A DNA stretch of 64,000 nt, taken from assembly GCA_963709325.1 (NCBI GenBank), contig CAVPVV010000003.1, positions 2,886,638-2,950,637 of the forward strand. The letters are read 5' to 3'. The DNA is from an uncultured Acidobacteriota bacterium (GTDB lineage Bacteria > Acidobacteriota > Vicinamibacteria > Vicinamibacterales > UBA2999). The translations under genes were made by a program, and so were the position numbers. A model generated the notes under the pieces. That model had not been told where the DNA came from and did no database searches. It saw nothing but the letters and a program-made list of their open reading frames with translations. Position 1 is the stretch's first letter; the number at the start of each line of letters is the position of its first letter. Shown in pieces: positions 35,113 to 44,278 of the stretch.

Positions 35113-37457
35113 TCCATCACCCCGAGCCACAGGCAGTCGTCAACCCGCGCCAGCCGCGCGACAGCGTCGCAGACCTGCGCGACAGCCGTATCGGTGCTGG
35201 CGGAGATCGTGAATCCCAGGTGCACGCGAGCATCTTCCGCTCGGGTCGCGCGGTTCTGAACCACCAGGCCGGCGCGGCGGACGAGACTCTCGACCCTCCG
35301 GTCGAGGCCGGGATGCGGCTCGCCCGTGACGCGCAGGTAATGACGGCGGGTGAGGCGGACGGAACTAGGGTCGGCTAGCGGCAGCTGCTGCGGCGCCGGC
35401 CAGCGGACGGTATTGTTCTGCGCGAGATCGATCAGGTCGCCGAGCACCGCAGTCGCCGTCGGCAGCGCGCCGGCGCCTTTGCCGAAGAGACTGAGGTCGC
35501 CAGACGCAGCGCACTTCAGGTACACCGCGTTGTATTCCTCTTCGACCGAGGCCAGCAGGTGCCATGCCGGCAGCAAGAGCGGTTCGACCGCCACGTCGAG
35601 CGCGCCCTCGACACGAGCGGCGCGGGCAATGAGCCGGATCCGGCCGCCGAGCGTCTCGGCCAGATCGCAGTCGTGCGGGCCAAGCCCGGTGATGCCGCGC
35701 ACGCCGAACGCACCCGGCCGCATCCAGGCGCCGAATGCGCGATAGGTGAGAATCGACAGCTTGGCGGCGGCGTCGCCGCCTTCGAGATCCGCGCGCGGGT
35801 CGGCCTCGGCGAACCCGAGAGCCTGCGCCTCGGCGACCGCAGCCTCGACCGGCAACTCTTCCTGTTCCATTCGCGTCATCACGAAGTTGCACGTGCCATT
35901 GAGGATGCCGGCGAAGCTCTCCACTTCGTCGGCCCGGTGGCTCAGGTGACGCAGGATCGGGAGCGCGGCCGCGGCGGCCGCTTCGCAGTAAAGCGGCGTG
36001 GCGGTCCGCTGCGCCAGGACGGCCAACTCGTCGAGCCGGTCGGCGAGGAGCATCGTGTTCGCGGTGACCACCGGCTTGCCGGCTGCAAGCGCCGCGCGCA
36101 ACGCGGGCTCGACCGCGGTGCCACCCGCGACCTCGACGACGACGTCCACCTCTGGGTCCGAGACCAGTGACAGCGCGTCGCTACCGATCGGAATGCCCTG
36201 GGCCAGCGGGCCGCGTTCCTTCGACAGGTTGCGCACGGCAATCCGCGTGACCTGAAAGCGAACGCCGTAACGCTCGCGCACCGGCCCCCGCTCACGGACG
36301 ATCATCTCGAGCAGTCCGCGCCCGACGGTGCCGCACCCGATCAGGCCGATTCGAATATCGCGGACCGGCTGCTCGCCGACACCGGAAAAGCGGGCCCGCG
36401 TTGCGGGGAGCGTGTCGCCGCCGAACGTACTGGCGCCACGCAGCAAATCCGCGAGCCGCTCCTGGTCCGCGAGGAACGCGTCGTGGCCGAAATCTGAATC
36501 GAGCTTCCAGAGCGAGGACTGCGCCCCGGCGGCCTGCAATTCCCGATGCAGTTCTTCCTGGAGCGCCCACGGAAAGAGCATGTCGCCGGGGACGCCGACG
36601 ATGATCGTGTCCGCGGTGACCCGCTCCAGCGCCGCGCGGAGTGCAGCCGGCGAATCGGCGATCGACCCGCGATCGATGGCCTCGCTGAGGAGCAGGAACG
36701 TTCTCATCGGGAACTGTTCAGCGAAGCGGCGGCCGTGATGGTCGAGATACTCGGCGACGGGTGGACGCTCGAGTCCTGGCACGAGACGGCCGAATCGCAC
36801 ATCCAGCTCGACGCGGCCGCGATATGTCAGCATGCCCAGCTGCCGGGCCCGGCTCATCCCGGTCGTGACGTCGCCGTTGCGCCAACCGTCACGCACCAGC
36901 TCCCGCTGCAGGTGGCGCGTCGCCGTGCCCCAGCCGTCGGGCCGCAGGCCCGCCGAGATCGTGACGAGGCGCCGGCAGCGCGCCGAGTGGCGCACCGCGA
37001 ACGCGACGCCGACCATGCCGCCGAGGCTCGCGCCGACGAACGTCACCGGCGTCGTACATCCGCAGCCTTCGAGCCAGGTGGCAACCAGATCGGCGAGGCC
37101 GAGGACCGAGATTGTCGTCGTAGCCTCAGGGTTATCGAAGCCGTGCCAGGTCGAGCCATTGCCCGGCCAGCACGGACAGAGGACCGTCGTGGTCGCGGGA
37201 TCGATGAGCCCGGCGCCCGCCATCGACGGCCACCACGGGTCTACCCCGCCTTCCTGCGCCGGACGGCCGTCGCCAAATGGAAACGGCGAGGCGGTGATCC
37301 CGCCGACGATCACTGCGACCGGCGCCGTCCCGAGCTCCGGTCCGTACACCCAACCGCCGAGCACCACATCGTCGAGCAGCTGTCCTTCGACGGTGAGCGA
37401 TGGCCGATGCACCCGGAGTGGCCGTGGCGCGAGGGCGGCAAGGGTGGGAACGGGCAT
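35109..37457 (-). CDS. Fusion protein: homoserine O-acetyltransferase (MetX-like alpha/beta hydrolase) + homoserine dehydrogenase with C-terminal ACT-like region
   Basis: 782-aa intact ORF. N-terminal half: nucleophile elbow FVGASLGGMVGVAFA, VGVPGDMLFP, DSDFGHDAFLADQERL (MetX C-terminal pattern). From about aa 370: IRIGLIGCGTVGRGLLEMI (NAD-binding), KPVVTANTMLLA, GILNGTCNFVMTRM, EADPRADLEGGDAAAKLSIL (homoserine dehydrogenase signatures). Confidence 0.85.
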   Translation of the reverse strand: MPVPTLAALAPRPLRVHRPSLTVEGQLLDDVVLGGWVYGPELGTAPVAVIVGGITASPFPFGDGRPAQEGGVDPWWPSMAGAGLIDPATTTVLCPCWPGNGSTWHGFDNPEATTTISVLGLADLVATWLEGCGCTTPVTFVGASLGGMVGVAFAVRHSARCRRLVTISAGLRPDGWGTATRHLQRELVRDGWRNGDVTTGMSRARQLGMLTYRGRVELDVRFGRLVPGLERPPVAEYLDHHGRRFAEQFPMRTFLLLSEAIDRGSIADSPAALRAALERVTADTIIVGVPGDMLFPWALQEELHRELQAAGAQSSLWKLDSDFGHDAFLADQERLADLLRGASTFGGDTLPATRARFSGVGEQPVRDIRIGLIGCGTVGRGLLEMIVRERGPVRERYGVRFQVTRIAVRNLSKERGPLAQGIPIGSDALSLVSDPEVDVVVEVAGGTAVEPALRAALAAGKPVVTANTMLLADRLDELAVLAQRTATPLYCEAAAAAALPILRHLSHRADEVESFAGILNGTCNFVMTRMEQEELPVEAAVAEAQALGFAEADPRADLEGGDAAAKLSILTYRAFGAWMRPGAFGVRGITGLGPHDCDLAETLGGRIRLIARAARVEGALDVAVEPLLLPAWHLLASVEEEYNAVYLKCAASGDLSLFGKGAGALPTATAVLGDLIDLAQNNTVRWPAPQQLPLADPSSVRLTRRHYLRVTGEPHPGLDRRVESLVRRAGLVVQNRATRAEDARVHLGFTISASTDTAVAQVCDAVARLARVDDCLWLGVME

Positions 37458-37500
37458 GAGCGAAGGGTCCGACGCCCAAGCCTATACCACAAAGCAACAA

Positions 37501-37516
37501 ATCTATCTACATAGAT
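37501..37516. promoter_or_regulatory. AT-rich palindrome ATCTAT-ctac-ATAGAT in the promoter region of the metX-hom operon
   Basis: Perfect 6-bp inverted repeat with a 4-nt spacer, 44-59 nt upstream of the ATG at 37457. It sits in the only AT-rich patch of the 121-nt intergenic region. Confidence 0.3.
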
Positions 37517-37578
37517 GCCATGCACCCGGTCCGACAGGAGCGACGGGTTCGACAGCCAGGAGCCTCGGGTCCGACCGC

Positions 37579-38598
<1,020 letters not shown>

Positions 38599-38612
38599 GA
38601 TGCCACCGCTCG

Positions 38613-38763
38613 CTACGCGCCGGTCAGCGTCCGCACCCGGACCAGCCAATGGTTGGCGGCAATGAAGAGTGTGCCGTAACCCCCACGCGACGTTGCCGAG
38701 CGGCACGCCGACGACGATGCGGCCGAGGCGTGTTCCGTCTGGCGTAAACACGTGCACGCCGCC
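38613..38763 (-). pseudogene. 3' remnant of an SMP-30/gluconolactonase-family gene (frameshifted fragment)
   Basis: [28 protein letters not shown] (38680-38763, frame 0) followed in frame 2 by [19 protein letters not shown]-stop (38613-38672). This resembles the last two blades of the family. No upstream coding part is recognisable. Confidence 0.4.
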
Positions 38764-39147
38764 TGGCCCGGTTGCGGGTCCGCACGGGCCATATCGCGGC
38801 CATCGTACGCCACGCGGGCGCTGCTCGATCGAGCACGCCGCGGCCTGCTCCGCCTTCACAGGCCAGCCTCAAATCTGTGCTGCTGCAGCACAAAAACGCG
38901 ATCTGCATGAGTTGTGCTTCGCGCCGAGCGGCCGCGAAGGCGCGTGCAGTCGAGCGCCAGCGCGTGACGTCGTGACATCCGTGGCCGGGCTGGCCTGCTT
39001 TTTTCAGCCTGCCTCGCCCGAATGAGGCCGCAGCGCATCGATTCGTGCCCCAACGTTCCGCCAGGCCCCCCTGCCTGTGTTCGCCCTTTGTGGGGCGTAA
39101 CTGACAACACGTCGTGCTTCGCGGCTCTGTCCAGCGCAGGGCCTTGG

Positions 39148-41199
39148 GTGACTGCTGTGCGTAGTATTTCGTTTCGTTCGACCGTGCCTGCCGTGTTGAC
39201 GGCAGGCCTGATGCTGCTGGTTCTGAGTGTGGCGTCTGCGCAGGCGCAAACCACTGTCACCGCCACGTGGGACCCGAACTCGGACGCGTACACCGCGGGC
39301 TACCGCGTCTACTACGGCACCTCTTCGGGCTCCTATCAGTGGAGCGTCGACGCGGGCAGCCAGCTGAGCGCTCCGATCAACGTGTCCCCTGGCAGCATGT
39401 ATTACTTTGCTGTTCGCGCCTACAACTCGCTCACGGAATACGGTCCGGCGTCCTCCGAAGCGGCGCTCGACCTTCGCCCGCCGACGGCACAGATCACCGC
39501 CACGGTCGGCGCCAACAACGTGGCGACCGTCAGCTGGCAGGCCGGCGGCAACGCGACATCCGCGTCGATCAACGGCACCGCGGTGGCGTTGTCCGGTTCG
39601 ACGACGGTGACGATCAGCGCCCAGACGACGTTCACGCTCACCGCACGCAACGCCACCGGCCAGACCGCGACGGCGAGCGCCACCGTGTCGACGATTCCGT
39701 CGCCGACCGCACAAATCAGCTCCACGCTCGGTGCCAACAACCTGGCCACCCTGACGTGGCAGACCACCAACGCCACGTCCGTCACGATCAATGGCGGTCC
39801 CGCGGCGCTGTCAGGAACGGCGACGATAACCGTGAACGTGCAGACGAGCTTCACGATCGTCGCGACGAATGCCGCGGGCCAGACGGCGACGGCCGTGACG
39901 GTCGTCACCCCGACCGCGGGAGCGCCGACCGCGCAAATCACGGCGACATTGGGCGCCAACAATGTCGCGACGGTGACGTGGCAGACGACCAACGCCACCT
40001 CCGCCACCATTAATGGCACGGCGGTCGGGTTGTCGGGCAGTACCACCACGCCAGTGACGGCGCCGACGACCTTCACCCTGGTTTCGCGCAACGCCGCGGG
40101 CCAGACGGCCACCGCCAGCGCGACGGTCACCCCGACCGCCGCACCGGCGCCGACTGCGCAGATCACCGCCACCCTGCAGACGAACAACACCGCGCTGGTG
40201 AGTTGGCAGACGACCAACGCCGCGTCGGCAGCGATCAATGGCACCTCGGTGGCGCTGTCCGGTTCGTCGAGCGTCGCCGTGAGTGCGACCACCACGTTCA
40301 CGCTGGTCGGGACCGCGGCTGACGGTCGCACCGCGACCGCCAGCGCCACGGTAACGGTGCCGACGCAGACCGCACCTGGGGCGCCCTCCAGCATGACCGC
40401 GTCGGTGTCCGGTTCGCGCGCCACCCTCGGCTGGCGAGCTCCGACCAGTGGCAGCTCGCCGAGCAGCTACCTCCTCGACGTCGGCACGGCGTCTGGCACG
40501 TCGAATGTCGCCGCCAGTTACAACGTCGGCAACACTCTCGGCGTCTACGGCGACCTGCCGCGCGGCACCTACTACGCTCGCGTGAGAGCGGCCAATGGCA
40601 CGGGCGTTTCGCTCTTCTCGAACGAGGTGCGATTCTCGATTGGCAAGAAGCTGCGGACGCCGACCGGCTTCAGGGTGTCGTGGACGGGGACGACTGCCAC
40701 GCTGTCCTGGACGGCCTCGGCCGCCGACGGAGTCGACGAAGAGCCGACCAACTACGTGCTCGAAGCGGGCACGGCTCCGGGTGCGAGCAATGTCGCGACC
40801 GTCAACGTCGGGAACACCACGACGTTCCGAACCGAGGTTTCGTCGGGCAACTACTTCGTGCGGGTGAAGGCCCAGAACTCGCTCGGTGAATCGGATCCGT
40901 CCGAGGAGCTCGAGATTCGCGCGCCAGGCACGCCACAGGCACCGACTGCGCTGATCTCGGTCGGGTCGGGCGGGCGCGTCGATCTGCGATGGACCGCGTC
41001 CGCGGGTGGCTACGCGCCGGCCGGGTACGTGATCGAAGCAGGAAGCGCTCCGGGCCGCTCCGACCTGGCGAGCCTGCGGGTTGGCAACGTAACCCGCTTC
41101 ACGACCACCGCGCCTCCGGGGGTGTATTACGTGCGGGTGCGGGCCTACAACGAGAAGGGCAACAGCCTTCCCTCGAACGAAGTCGTGATCAGGCCGTGA
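39148..41199 (+). CDS. Secreted Fn3-type multidomain protein, paralog 1 (N-Fn3 + 4 x 75-aa repeat + 3 Fn3)
   Basis: Start set at GTG 39148 (VTAVRSISFRSTVPAVLTAGLMLLVLSVASAQAQ) by nucleotide and peptide homology with the start of paralog 2. N-domain TVTATWDPNSDAYTAGYRVYYGTSSGSYQWSVDAG...MYYFAVRAYN. Repeats PTAQITAT.GANNVATV.WQ..NATS..ING..V.LSG....V...TTFTL..RNA.GQTATASATV. C-terminal modules end YYARVRAANGTGVS, YFVRVKAQNSLGES, YYVRVRAYNEKGNS. Confidence 0.85.
   Translation: MTAVRSISFRSTVPAVLTAGLMLLVLSVASAQAQTTVTATWDPNSDAYTAGYRVYYGTSSGSYQWSVDAGSQLSAPINVSPGSMYYFAVRAYNSLTEYGPASSEAALDLRPPTAQITATVGANNVATVSWQAGGNATSASINGTAVALSGSTTVTISAQTTFTLTARNATGQTATASATVSTIPSPTAQISSTLGANNLATLTWQTTNATSVTINGGPAALSGTATITVNVQTSFTIVATNAAGQTATAVTVVTPTAGAPTAQITATLGANNVATVTWQTTNATSATINGTAVGLSGSTTTPVTAPTTFTLVSRNAAGQTATASATVTPTAAPAPTAQITATLQTNNTALVSWQTTNAASAAINGTSVALSGSSSVAVSATTTFTLVGTAADGRTATASATVTVPTQTAPGAPSSMTASVSGSRATLGWRAPTSGSSPSSYLLDVGTASGTSNVAASYNVGNTLGVYGDLPRGTYYARVRAANGTGVSLFSNEVRFSIGKKLRTPTGFRVSWTGTTATLSWTASAADGVDEEPTNYVLEAGTAPGASNVATVNVGNTTTFRTEVSSGNYFVRVKAQNSLGESDPSEELEIRAPGTPQAPTALISVGSGGRVDLRWTASAGGYAPAGYVIEAGSAPGRSDLASLRVGNVTRFTTTAPPGVYYVRVRAYNEKGNSLPSNEVVIRP
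39481..40377 (+). repeat. Four diverged tandem copies of the ~225-bp (75-aa) intragenic repeat in paralog 1
   Basis: Each copy starts with CCGACNGCNCARATC (PTAQI), at about 39481, 39706, 39931 and 40153. The copies differ at many positions, unlike those in paralog 2. Confidence 0.8.
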
Positions 41200-41212
41200 G
41201 CGCACTGGATTC

Positions 41213-41246
41213 GGTGAGGGCGGGTTTTCGCAGACGCCCTCACCGC
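41213..41246 (+). terminator. Hairpin after paralog 1
   Basis: 11-bp stem cggtgagggcg (41213-41223) / cgccctcaccg (41236-41246) with a 12-nt loop containing tttt, 14 nt after the stop. No downstream T-tract. Confidence 0.45.
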
Positions 41247-41643
41247 GTTCTTCGCTGTAAGACCTACACGCCGTGTAAGTTCTGCTCAGTCTGCTTACAC
41301 GCGACGAGTAGGGCTCGAAGACCCCCCAAGCGACACGAGCGCCCTCGAGAGTTCAGCCAGGAAACTGGCCCTGTTTTAGCAAGGCGGGCGCCGGTTCCGA
41401 TCCGGACTGATGCGCCGCAGCCTCTCGAAATCAACGCCGGTCATACGCGCCAAATTCGTCTGGGGCAACCGCCCCGGAGGCTCCCCCAACGGTCATCAGG
41501 TAGCCCCCCTCACCGACTTCCGGCGGACGCCGTCGGTGATTCGTGCACGGACGTTCCCCCGCGTCCACCCAGGCGCTCGCGCCTAACCCCCTAAGTGCAG
41601 CGCAGTTCTTGACGTAAGGCGGCCGTGTGAACGCGGGCCATGG

Positions 41644-44151
41644 GTGACTACCGTGGGGATTTCCTTGTTCCGTTCGAAGGTGTTGACCGCGCTGGCGGCA
41701 GCACTTCTACTTCTGGTCTGTGCAGCGGCGACTGCGTCGGCGCAAACGGTGACGGCTTCGTGGGACCGCAACGCCGATTCCTATACGGCGGGGTACCGGC
41801 TGTATTACGGCACGGCGTCGGGGACTTATCAGTGGAGCCTCGACGCCGGTAACCAAGTCAGCGCGCCGGTCAACCTCTCCCCCGGCAACGTTTACTACTT
41901 CGTGGTTCGCGCCTACAACGCGCAGTACGCCTACGGTGCGGCGTCCAATGAAACCACCGTCGATCTGCGCTCGACTCCGCCGACCGCACAAATCACCTCC
42001 ACGCTCGGCGCCAACAACCAGGCCACCCTGACATGGCGGACCACCAACGCCACCTCGGCCACCATCAACGGCGGTGCCGTGGCGCTGTCCGGCACGACGA
42101 CGATAACCGTCAACGTGGAGACGAGCTTCACGCTGGTCGCGCGAAATGCCGCGGGCCAGACCGGGACGGCCACGACGATCGTCAGCCCGGCAGCACCCTC
42201 GGCGCCGACCGCGCAGATCACGGCGACCCTGGGGGCGAACAACGTCGCGACCGTGACGTGGCGGACCACGAACGCCACCTCCGCCACCATCAACGGCGCC
42301 GGCGTCGCCCTGTCGGGTACGACCACAACTACCGTGAGCGGTCAAACAACATTCACGCTCGTGGCACGAAATGCCGCCGGTCAGACGGCAACGGCGAGTG
42401 CCACGGTGACACCATCGGCACCCTCGGCACCGACCGCGCAGATCACGGCAACCCTGGGGGCGAACAACGTCGCGACCGTGACGTGGCGGACCACGAACGC
42501 CACCTCCGCCACCATCAACGGCGCCGGCGTCGCCCTGTCGGGTACGACCACAACTACCGTGAGCGGTCAAACAACATTCACGCTCGTGGCACGAAATGCC
42601 GCCGGTCAGACGGCAACGGCGAGTGCCACCGTGACACCATCGGCACCCTCGGCACCGACCGCGCAGATCACGGCAACCCTGGGGGCGAACAACGTCGCGA
42701 CCGTGACGTGGCGGACCACGAACGCCACCTCCGCCACCATCAACGGCGCCGGCGTCGCCCTGTCGGGTACGACCACAACTACCGTGAGCGGTCAAACAAC
42801 ATTCACGCTCGTGGCACGAAATGCCGCCGGTCAGACGGCAACGGCGAGTGCCACCGTGACACCATCGGCACCCTCGGCGCCGACCGCGCAGATCACGGCA
42901 ACCCTGGGGGCGAACAACGTCGCGACCGTGACGTGGCGGACCACGAACGCCACCTCCGCCACCATCAACGGCGCCGGCGTCGCCCTGTCGGGTACGACCA
43001 CAACTACCGTGAGCGGTCAAACAACATTCACGCTCGTGGCACGAAATGCCGCCGGTCAGACGGCAACGGCGAGTGCCACGGTGACACCATCGGCACCCTC
43101 GGCACCGACCGCGCAGATCACGGCAACCCTGGGGGCGAACAACGTCGCGACCGTGACGTGGCGGACCACGAACGCCACCTCCGCCACCATCAACGGCGCC
43201 GGCGTCGCCCTGTCGGGTACGACCACAACTACCGTGAGCGGTCAAACAACATTCACGCTCGTGGCACGAAATGCCGCCGGCCAGACGGCGACCGCCAGTG
43301 CCACGGTCACGGCGACTTCGCCAACGCCGGGAGCTCCGACGAGCATGGCGGCCTCGGTGGCCGGCTCGCGCGTGACTCTCAGCTGGCGGCCGTCGACGAC
43401 GGGGGCTGCACCGACGTCCTACATCATCGACGTCAGCACGACGTCGGGCGCCTCGAACATCGCCCAGGGCTACAACGTGGGTAATGTCCTCAGCGTCGCC
43501 GGCGACCTCGGGAAGGGAACCTATTACGCGCGCGTCAGGGCCGCGAACGCCGCCGGCGTGTCGGCCAGCTCCAACGAAGTGCGGTTCTCGGTCGGAAAGA
43601 AGTTGCGGACACCGGGCAGCCTGGCGGTGAACTGGACCGGCACGACGGCGACGCTCTCGTGGACGGCGCCCGCCGCTGACGGAGTCGACGAGGTCGCGAC
43701 CAGCTACGTCGTCGAGGCCGGCACGTCCCCCGGTTCGAGCAATGTCGGCACCGTGAACGTGGGGAACACGACCACGATCCGCGCCGACGTTCCGTCCGGC
43801 ACGTACTACGTGCGCGTCCGGGCGCTGAACGACTACGGCGAGTCGGATGCGTCCGACGATGTCGAGGTCCGCGCGCCGGGCGCGCCTCACGCACCCGCCA
43901 GTCTGGTGTCGAGGGGGTCCAGCGGGGATGTCAATCTCTCGTGGAGCGCGCCGAACGGCGGCCCCCCGCCAGCTGGTTATGTGATCGAGGCGGGGAGCGC
44001 CCCGGGCCTGGCCGACCTCGCGAGCCTCAACGTGGGTAACGTCACCAGCTTCACCACGACGGCGCCGCCGGGTGTGTATTACGTCCGTGTCAGGGCCGTC
44101 AACGATCGGGGCACGAGTGCTCCCTCTAACGAGGTTGTCGTTCAACGATGA
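41644..44151 (+). CDS. Secreted Fn3-type multidomain protein, paralog 2 (N-Fn3 + 6 x 75-aa repeat + 3 Fn3)
   Basis: 835-aa ORF with GTG start. Signal peptide ...LTALAAALLLLVCAAATASAQ. Same architecture as paralog 1. C-terminal modules end YYARVRAANAAGVS, YYVRVRALNDYGES, YYVRVRAVNDRGTS. Confidence 0.9.
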   Translation: MTTVGISLFRSKVLTALAAALLLLVCAAATASAQTVTASWDRNADSYTAGYRLYYGTASGTYQWSLDAGNQVSAPVNLSPGNVYYFVVRAYNAQYAYGAASNETTVDLRSTPPTAQITSTLGANNQATLTWRTTNATSATINGGAVALSGTTTITVNVETSFTLVARNAAGQTGTATTIVSPAAPSAPTAQITATLGANNVATVTWRTTNATSATINGAGVALSGTTTTTVSGQTTFTLVARNAAGQTATASATVTPSAPSAPTAQITATLGANNVATVTWRTTNATSATINGAGVALSGTTTTTVSGQTTFTLVARNAAGQTATASATVTPSAPSAPTAQITATLGANNVATVTWRTTNATSATINGAGVALSGTTTTTVSGQTTFTLVARNAAGQTATASATVTPSAPSAPTAQITATLGANNVATVTWRTTNATSATINGAGVALSGTTTTTVSGQTTFTLVARNAAGQTATASATVTPSAPSAPTAQITATLGANNVATVTWRTTNATSATINGAGVALSGTTTTTVSGQTTFTLVARNAAGQTATASATVTATSPTPGAPTSMAASVAGSRVTLSWRPSTTGAAPTSYIIDVSTTSGASNIAQGYNVGNVLSVAGDLGKGTYYARVRAANAAGVSASSNEVRFSVGKKLRTPGSLAVNWTGTTATLSWTAPAADGVDEVATSYVVEAGTSPGSSNVGTVNVGNTTTIRADVPSGTYYVRVRALNDYGESDASDDVEVRAPGAPHAPASLVSRGSSGDVNLSWSAPNGGPPPAGYVIEAGSAPGLADLASLNVGNVTSFTTTAPPGVYYVRVRAVNDRGTSAPSNEVVVQR
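42205..43329 (+). repeat. Five head-to-tail 225-bp units, near-identical at nucleotide level, inside paralog 2 (plus one diverged copy at ~41980-42204)
   Basis: Unit starts (ccgaccgcgcagatcacggc) at 42205, 42430, 42655, 42880 and 43105, so the spacing is exactly 225 nt. Only a handful of differences are visible, e.g. cggcGaccctg vs cggcAaccctg, gccacGgtgac vs gccacCgtgac, ctcggcAcc vs ctcggcGcc. The last ~60 nt of copy 5 diverge. Confidence 0.95.
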
Positions 44152-44195
44152 TCATCGGGGGTGATGAAGTCACACCCCGTGTAGATCCGACCGGG

Positions 44196-44225
44196 TACCG
44201 CCGATACATTAAGTGATCGGCGGTA
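44196..44225 (+). terminator. Hairpin after paralog 2
   Basis: Perfect 10-bp stem taccgccgat (44196-44205) / atcggcggta (44216-44225) with a 10-nt AT-rich loop, 45 nt after the stop. Confidence 0.45.
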
Positions 44226-44278
44226 GCCCACCAAGATCCCCCCAGGGCACACCAAATCGATCGAGCCTGGTGTCCCTG

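Noticed and set aside
37458-37578. SAM riboswitch or T-box upstream of the metX-hom operon
   Set aside because: The region is only 121 nt. I could not find the conserved SAM-I/SAM-II core sequences or a specifier/T-box motif. Only the AT-rich palindrome is notable.
41325-41420. tRNA-like T-arm (ggttccgatccgg) between Fn3 paralogs 1 and 2
   Set aside because: No complementary acceptor stem, D-arm or anticodon arm can be drawn around it.
42205-43329. Possible CRISPR array
   Set aside because: The repeats are 225 bp, contiguous with no spacers, in frame inside a coding sequence, and encode a protein domain. No cas genes are in the window.
39420-44145. Minus ORFs 39420..40424, 39811..41205 and 41707..44145 (812 aa), and plus alternative-frame ORFs 39267..40013 and 42033..43484, over the Fn3 genes
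   Set aside because: Shadows of the repeat-rich plus-strand genes. Their periodic Arg/Gly/Asp sequences simply mirror the 225-bp repeat. Only the called frame has signal peptides and Fn3-like module endings.
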